Shown: piece by piece, positions 54,448 through 64,000 of the stretch
Position numbering within the stretch: the stretch's first letter is position 1
Layout: each line of letters opens with the position of its first letter
Origin: the human T2T-CHM13v2.0 reference genome, Homo sapiens
NCBI RefSeq assembly: GCF_009914755.1
Contig: NC_060936.1
Reading direction: 5' to 3' (one strand)
Length of the DNA: 64,000 bases
Program-made: the position numbers and the translations under genes
The notes under the pieces: model-generated
The model's input: the letters and a program-made list of their open reading frames with translations, nothing else
What the model was told of the DNA's origin: nothing
The model's database searches: none

Positions 54448-54669
54448 AACCAGCCTGGCTGAGATGGTGAAACCCCATCTCTACTAAAAATACAAAAAAA
54501 ATTAGTCAGGCATGGTGGCGGGCGCTTGTAATCCTAGCTACTCGGGAGGCTGAGGCGGAGAATTGCTTGAACCCAGGAGGCAGAGGTTTCAGTGAGCCGA
54601 GATTGAGCCACTGCACCCCAGTCTGGGTGATCGAGCAAGACTCTGTCTTGAAAAAAAAAAAAAAAAAAA
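54448..54669 (+). mobile_element. 5'-truncated AluS
   Basis: Begins accagcctggc; has a poly(A); flanked by agt[g/a]aaaaaca. Confidence 0.9.
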
Positions 54670-55380
54670 GTAAAAAACAGATTACAGTGACTTGAAGTGA
54701 GAATGGAAAGTGAGAAAGTAAAGAATGAAAGGATTTATAGCTTGGTCCAGAAGCTTATCTTGCTAAGAAGGTAGTGGGAAGTGGTTCTTCCTCTTTCAGC
54801 TATTATAAAGTAACTGGAACTAGACTTACCTTTCTGACATAAGCAACTAGAATACTGAACAAAACATATAGAACAACTATTTTCAAGTTTCAATCAGCAG
54901 GTAGGGTCTTACTGTGACCTAGGAGAGAGTGATACATGCCCTTCATTAGCCCTGATTTTCTGCCAAGAGATCCCTTCTGGACCATCACAGGAAGATATAT
55001 CATAAGACATTCTTGGAATTGTGGCAAAAAGGAAAAGACAGAGATGAGCATTTGGAGAGTGATGGTGGTAAAATTTGCAAGATCAATGAACAGAGAAAAG
55101 GAAACTACAGGAGGAAAGAACTCAAGAAATCTGCACAGGGCCTTCCTTAAATCTGCTGCTAAATATTAAGTCACAAATGTGTAGGCAGAAACTTTGCAAG
55201 GTTAACTGAAAAAATGTTCCGGGGAACATTAAGAAAAGCAATTTCCAGAGCTCATATAAAGCTGGAAGACAGTAAAATCTGGATAGTAAAAAGGAGAGAA
55301 CTCTTTTAATACCCAGAGGATTCAGTAGAAACAGCAGAAGGGTCATACATTACTAGAAGGACTAAACAGACAGTGAAACG

Positions 55381-55610
55381 ATGATTCTCAGTCCAGCCGG
55401 GAATGACTTTACTTTCCCCAAAGACTTCTGGTGATGTCTGGAGACATTTTTGGTTTTCACATTTGGAGGGTGGGAGGAGGGGTACTACTAACACCTACTG
55501 AGTATAGAGTCCAGGGATGCTATAACTATTCTGCAAAATACAAGTCAGTCTCCCCAGCAAAAAAATATTCCACTAAAAATACCAATAGTGCTGAGGTTAG
55601 AAAGCCTGTA
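55381..55610 (+). mobile_element. MER20
   Basis: gatgtctggagacatttttggttttcaca...tagagtccagggatgcta...aatagtgctgaggttagaaagcct. Confidence 0.8.
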
Positions 55611-57299
55611 CTAGAAGAAATACAATGCTATCTTTAGATATGCATGGGCAAGGGATCCCTGACCCTGAACCATGCCTCAGGAGACCTCCACGTTTTGCCT
55701 ACTCAAGGGAAGTCTCCTTCCATTGCCTGGAAACATCTGAGCCTGACAGTGACATATGAGTGGAGTGTCCTTGGGCCCTGATCACAGTTTACATGGGCTC
55801 CAGTCCCCATTTTTTCCTTCAGGGCTCTCAGAACTTTCCTATGCAGGGTGTCCACTAGATGTCCCAAAGATGTCTGGGATTCATTTTTGTAGAATTGTCT
55901 AAAGGCTGCATGTTTCTATAAGAACGCTTGGCAAGCTTATTATTCTTGACGACTAGCATAGTATATCTTTCACAATTTTATGTGAGATTAGGTGTTCAGT
56001 ATGTTTCATACAAACTGATTTATTGTGTCTCTCATACATGTTGGATACAGGATGAATTCAATAGTCTCTAGGGCGATGAAACTCTACCTCTAAACTAGAG
56101 TTTGAGAAACTCATATAGGCTGGTGCTTTAGTTCTTTTGACAATGTGCCACCTCCTGTAATCTTCCATGTCTGAGGGTAGTGAGTGTGGAAACAGTTACC
56201 CTTTACCCTTCCTATTCATTTTACCATCACCTCAGACACCCAAGGCCGTCACTTCAACACTTCCATAGGATCATGTGTCAGGCAGCCACTTGAGGAGTGG
56301 CCATGCTCATGTCTTCCAGGAGTTTTCACACCATTGCTCTGAAACACCAACGGACTCTTTGATCAATGTCCTCTCTTGCCTTCAGTCTATATGGTGATGT
56401 GTTTTGCTGGGTTGCCCTTATATTGCGCCAGACAAAGAACAGTCGATCCTTGAGCACACTGCTCTGCTATTATCACTCTATCCACAGCCCCTCCAACCAT
56501 CCTTCTCCCACTAGTGGCAATAAATAAAAGTCAAGAGTGCTCTCAACAATGAAAAAGATTACATTTTAGGAATGCAGTAATTTCAACCTAAAGAGTTCAG
56601 AAGAAGAAATAGTTAAAAGTGGTGGTGTTCTACCTTTATGCTATAAAATTCTGAATGTTAAAGTTAACCAGAAAATAAATTGTTTTTTGCATTTTTCTGC
56701 ATACTCCAGATAAGACTTAAAATTTTAGTCAGGGAGAAGAGTAAAAACTTTTAAGAAAGTGCTTGAAAATTAGATTCATAGGTGACACATCAAAAATGAC
56801 AAAACTTGACTCATGATTTATAATTTGTCATATATTAAATAATTTTGTATTAAATAAATATTATAAGAAAACTGGAGAGGCAAATAGATTTGTATTACTT
56901 CAGTATAAACAGATTCCAAAGAGCTGTGATATTATGCATAACACCAGCATTACCTTTTACTCATGATGGGACAGAGGATATTAATCAGGAGTAGCACAAT
57001 TGAAAATAACAAAAATGAAGAAATGGTTCCTTGACCTGAAATGAAAGTGATGGTCCCTGTACACATGAAGGATCTTTACCTGCCCTAATTATAAAAATGA
57101 AATACATGGGGCCTTCTTCTATCACCATTATTCTAAATATTCATTGATAAATACCACATTTAACATGAGTCCATGAATTTTTTAATACATATTTGAATCA
57201 ATTTGCTTATATAAACAGAGACCACATAAAAATATTTTCTTGGGGTGCCGTGTGCCCTAGAGGCTACTCTGAGAAAATGGTTACTCTAAACCTGTCCTG

Positions 57300-58290
57300 A
57301 CAAAGCTTTACAATGAGCCTTAAAATAATTAATTTTATCTTCAAGTAACTTAACGGCTGAGAAAAAAAAGAAAATAAGAAAATAAAGTCCAACAATCTTT
57401 AGGAATGACAAAAACTGGTACTTAATATAAAATTTATAGTACTCAGAATCCAATAAAAAAACTTACATATAGTATACAGAAATAGACCCAGAAATGAAAT
57501 GAAAGAGATGATGGAATTAACAGACAAGAACTTTAAAATCTTTGTTATAAATACATGAATTTGAAAAATATGGATATAATAAAAAGAAAAACAAAAATAA
57601 AAATTTAACAAAACAGAAATTTTAGAGATTAGAAATTTCATTATCTGAAATGAATATTTTGCTACAAGGTGTTACCATCAGATTTGCTACTGAAGAAAAA
57701 GATCAGTGAACTTGAAGATGTAGCAATAGAAACTACCCAAAATGAATCCTAGAGAGTAAAATGGCTGAAAAAATTAAAAAGTATTAGTGACCTACATGAA
57801 AATATAAAATATTCTAATCTACATGGTCTCATAATTGGGAAATAATAAGGGATTCAGAAAAAAAAGTACATGGAGATATGCTGAAAGTTTCTTTATTTGA
57901 TGAAAACTATAAATCTACGGATCCACAAAACACAACCAACCACAGTAAAGCATGTCATACTCAAATTGCTGAAAACGAGTGGTAAAGAGAAAATTTGCAA
58001 AGTAGCCAGAGAAGTTACATTGTGTTCCATGGAACACATATAATAATGATCACAAACATCCTATGAGGAACCAGGCAAGCCAAAACACTTTGGAAAAATA
58101 TTATCTATGTGCTATAAGAAAAAATTAATTGTCAACCTAGAATTTTTACCTGGCAAAAATATCCTTCACAAATTAAGACTAAATAATAATTTATTTTTTT
58201 CTGAAAAAGCAAAAGTTGAGTAAATATGTCACCACCAAAACTGGACTACAAAAATTGTTATTTTATTAAAAGGAAAATGATACATCCACA
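57300..58290 (+). mobile_element. Old L1M ORF1 remnant
   Basis: gaagaaaaagatcagtgaacttgaagatgtagcaatagaaactacccaaaatgaa; tcatactcaaattgctgaaaac; gtcaacctagaattttta. Confidence 0.8.
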
Positions 58291-59484
58291 CAGGAACTAA
58301 GGTTTGTTATATTTTACTTCTTGTGCTTACTTTGAGCAGGTAAAGATTTGACATGGCATTACTGCCCTATAAATATGATGACTAACACTTTATTTTGAAA
58401 CTTCTTATTTCTTTTACCTCTCAGTTAATGAGCAGGTTTTAAGCTTAGTAACCATAGTATAAACACAGTCTAGACCAGATGTTTGTGGTTAAAAATGAGT
58501 TAACATCCCTCAGATTTTTCAAATTAATTTGTTTCAGACTATTTAACATTTTTTATTGAGGAGTTTGACTTTGAAATTTGGTTCAATTCCTGTAATTCAT
58601 GCATTATTTCATCAGTTGGAACAGTTTTACTATATTCTTCTTTTTTATATTTAATGCTTTTAGTTTGGTAAAACTGAAATTAAACCAATTAATTGTTGGT
58701 AAAACCTAATGTTTGATTCAACTAATTTTAATTGCAATTGAAGAACATCTTCAGAATTATCTATCGTGCCTTACTCAACCCACTACAGAATTAATTAAAA
58801 CTTTGCAGATTAGTTGAACAAATTGGAAGTATTTTAAAATGTAATTAATCCTTCATTATTTTTAACTTTTTCTATAATGTATAAGCTAATTTATTGACTA
58901 TGCCAAAATATTTATCTATTCTTTTAACCAGGATTTGTTTTAAACAAACTATATTTTCCTGAATTTTATATATATATATATTACAGCTGCAACAGAACTA
59001 CACAGCTCATTCTAAGAAGGAGGAAACATACTGTTTTATTAGGAAATCAGGTTGAATAAAAATCTATTTACTATATTTTCATTCATCAAACTCAAGAACA
59101 TTTTGTATCTAAAATATGTTGTGTCATATGCACATCACTTAGCTATAAAGAGTGAAAAAATAGCTCACTGAATTCATCCAAACAGTTCTCACAGGAAGAT
59201 TTTACTGTCAGCCCAAATGGAAATAGCTTAACATGATAAATGTTTCTTAGAATGGAGTCTGTCCACCAAAGTTAGATTTATAAATTCATGAAATCCCATG
59301 CTTATATACTCAGATTGCTGAAACATTTTAACAATATCAACTATTTCTTTAAATAAAGATTTTCTCCAATTCACAAAACTTTATGAGTCTGACTTTATAA
59401 AACAGGAACTTGAAAGAAAGACGATGTTTTATTATTTTCCTTTCCAGTTAAGTGTTCAGGTAAGCATATTGCATTTTTGTTATT

Positions 59485-59896
59485 TGTGTTAGGCCCCTTT
59501 TGCATTGCTATGAAGAAGTACCTGAGACTGAGTAATTTATAAAGAAAAGAGGTTTAATTGACTTATAGTTCTGCAGGCTTTATAGGAAGCATGGTGTTGG
59601 CATCTGTTCAGCTTCTAGTGAAGCCTCAGGGAGCTTACAATCATGGCGGAGGGGAAGGGGGAAAAGTCATGTCACATAGTGAAAGCAAGAGCAGGAAGGA
59701 GAGCGAGAATGGGATGGGGGGTGTCACAAACTTTTAAATGACCAGATCTCACAAGAACTCACTATCATGAAGACAGCACCACACATGAGGGACCCACCTT
59801 CATGACCCAAACACTTCCCACCAGGCTCTCTCTCCAGCACTGGGGATTACAATCTAACATGAGACTTGGGCAGGGACAAATATCTAAACTCTATCA
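59485..59896 (-). mobile_element. MSTA-type MaLR LTR
   Basis: tgtgttaggccc...gcattgctatgaagaagtacctgagactg...gggacaaatatctaaactctatca. Confidence 0.88.
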
Positions 59897-60740
59897 GTAT
59901 TTTATGACACATAGTGTTATAGATTGTCTTTTCTACCATGCAGCACATAAGTAACCTAATAATCTATTTGTTTTTGCTAATAGTGTATATTTGCAGATAT
60001 CTAACCAACAGCTCTTCAGTCACTGGATGAAGACAAAAACTTGCAGGAGATGACACCAATAAGAACAGGAAAAGAACACATATACATGCATATATATGTG
60101 TCAAACATGTGTGTGAACACATGTTCATGTATACATACACTTACACACTACCCATAACACAACCTGAAACAATAAGGCATCAAAAAGAGTGAAAAAGAAC
60201 AGGTGAATCATGTTCATACACCATTTTCAAGTAAAAGTCACAAAAGGAATGAAGCATAGGCTCTGTAATTAATGATAAAAAGCTGTTACGAACAATGAGG
60301 GGAGACTGCAAAATATTCATATCAATCTTTACAGACATCCTCTCTCACAGTGATAAAAACATATCTAGCATTGCCATAGACATTTACATTGATATATTAT
60401 TAGCAGCATCCATCAATCTACAAACTGCATTGAGATATCAGTGAAATTTGACAGTCTTCTGATTGCACTTTCTAAGGCCTGAATCTTTCTGCTTTTGATC
60501 TTTCCGACTTCAATCTCCAGCCAATTTTATCTCAACATCTTGCTCCATTGCATTTTGTAACTACTTGATATATCTTTATGTTTCCTGCTATTTGTAAGTT
60601 AATGTTTCATGTTTTAAGCTTTGTAATAGAGAAAATATAGAAATATAAAAGTCCAAGAATATAAAGCTTCTACTAAAAGTTACTGTTTGCCTCTTTTATT
60701 TTACCCCAAAGGCTAGTTTTTTTAAAGAAGGTAACTCTTT

Positions 60741-60856
60741 TATATTCTTTATTTAAACACATATTTAAGAATATTTAAATAAAGAATTAGTATATTCTTT
60801 AAGAATATTTAAATAAAGAATTAGTATATTCTTTATTTAAATACATGTTTAAGAAT
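60741..60856. repeat. AT-rich compound tandem/inverted repeat
   Basis: 34-bp exact tandem (60764-60797, 60798-60831) and a 16-bp perfect inverted repeat (60806-60821 / 60828-60843). Confidence 0.9.
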
Positions 60857-60926
60857 GTGTTTATTAAACCTTTTCCTCACTTTTCCAGATACTATTATCA
60901 TTTATTTTTGTAATATTATAACTCAA

Positions 60927-63014
<2,088 letters not shown>

Positions 63015-63419
63015 TTATAACTCACCAATTTTGTTTTATATGCCTTAAAACTAAGTGGGAAAAAAATGTTAAATTATCTTGAAACTAAGTTTTTAGTTAA
63101 AATCCAATGCATAACATTGTAAATCTACTGCAAGTTTAGCTAATACTACATTAATCAATAAACACAATAGAGTGATATTTAAATGTAAACTAATTTTAAT
63201 AAATGCCACTAAAGCATTTTCGTAGAAGGCACCTATGCAAAATAGTCTAGTGATAACTCAGTGAATCTGCATTTAGGAATCCCCCTCACAGTGGGATTAC
63301 AATATATTACTGAATACCTCACCTAAATTCCAATGTGAATTTGCATGGTGCTTTGTCAATTACATATTTCCAAAATATATTACATAATCCCAATTTGAAC
63401 CTGTCAGGCTGTATAAGAT

Positions 63420-63930
63420 TAATGATTATAAGAATGATAACAACTAATGTTTACTGAAAATATATTCTTGGACTTTATAAGGACTTTATACAAGTTTTTT
63501 CATTTAATCCTCACAATAGCCCTATGCAGCACACAGTATTATAATACTAATTTTGCTGAAAAAAAAAAAACCTAAATTTCAGAAAAGCTAAGAAAGTTGC
63601 CTTAGTATACAAAGAATATATGAGAAATATTTGGGGGACAGTGAATAGATTGATTCATCTGAAATAAATTTATCTAGAACAGCGAGCAATGGACTATAAG
63701 GGTGGACAAACAGTTGGAACAAAATTAAATTTCTGAGAGCCAGAATAAAGTGTTTGGAGAGAGTGTAAAGTGTCATGTTTAACGATTTGATTTTTGAATC
63801 AGATCAGGGTTGATTCCCATTTTTACCACTTATTAGTTAACCTCATAAGATCATTAAGAAGATTAAATGAGAAGAATGAGATGGTACATGGTGGAAGCTC
63901 ATTAGTACATGCTCAGTAACTTTCAGTTGT
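63420..63930. mobile_element. Two MIR fragments in opposite orientation
   Basis: catttaatcctcacaatagccctatg (~63500) and gaatcagatcagggttgattcccattttaccactta...gattaaatgaga (~63800). Confidence 0.65.
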
Positions 63931-64000
63931 CAACCATGTCATTGAAAGGTTTTGAGCAGATATTAGGTTGAGATAGCAGTCTTCAAGATATCTCTCTGGT

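Overview
AT-rich, repeat-dense human genomic DNA. Human origin is indicated by an AluYb8 at ~3.3 kb and an L1HS-Ta fragment at ~33.8 kb. No intact protein-coding gene, RNA gene or CRISPR array is supported. The ORF-track entries are almost all Alu, LTR or L1 read-through or chance ORFs; the exceptions are L1 ORF2 fragments at 61-62.6 kb and a few pieces of a dead gene. Main result: the unique sequence between ~0.8 and ~30.1 kb contains, on the minus strand, a string of decayed exons. Many keep canonical splice sites, and their stop- and frameshift-riddled translations repeatedly match the RGS (regulator of G-protein signalling) domain pattern. One nearly complete RGS domain is readable in a single frame at 13440-13781, and an RGS22/RGSL1-type N-terminal motif lies at ~29.8-30.06 kb. 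This looks like an intron-containing, possibly unitary, pseudogene of a multi-RGS-domain RGS22/RGSL1-like gene that runs off the left edge. Its exons were later hit by an AluJ, a MER52 composite and a short processed retrocopy. The right half (30.5-64 kb) is mostly L2, MIR, old L1 and MaLR repeats, plus a two-LTR THE1 element and a twin-primed 5'-inverted L1PA. All protein and repeat-family comparisons were made by eye against remembered consensus sequences and need HMM/BLAST confirmation.
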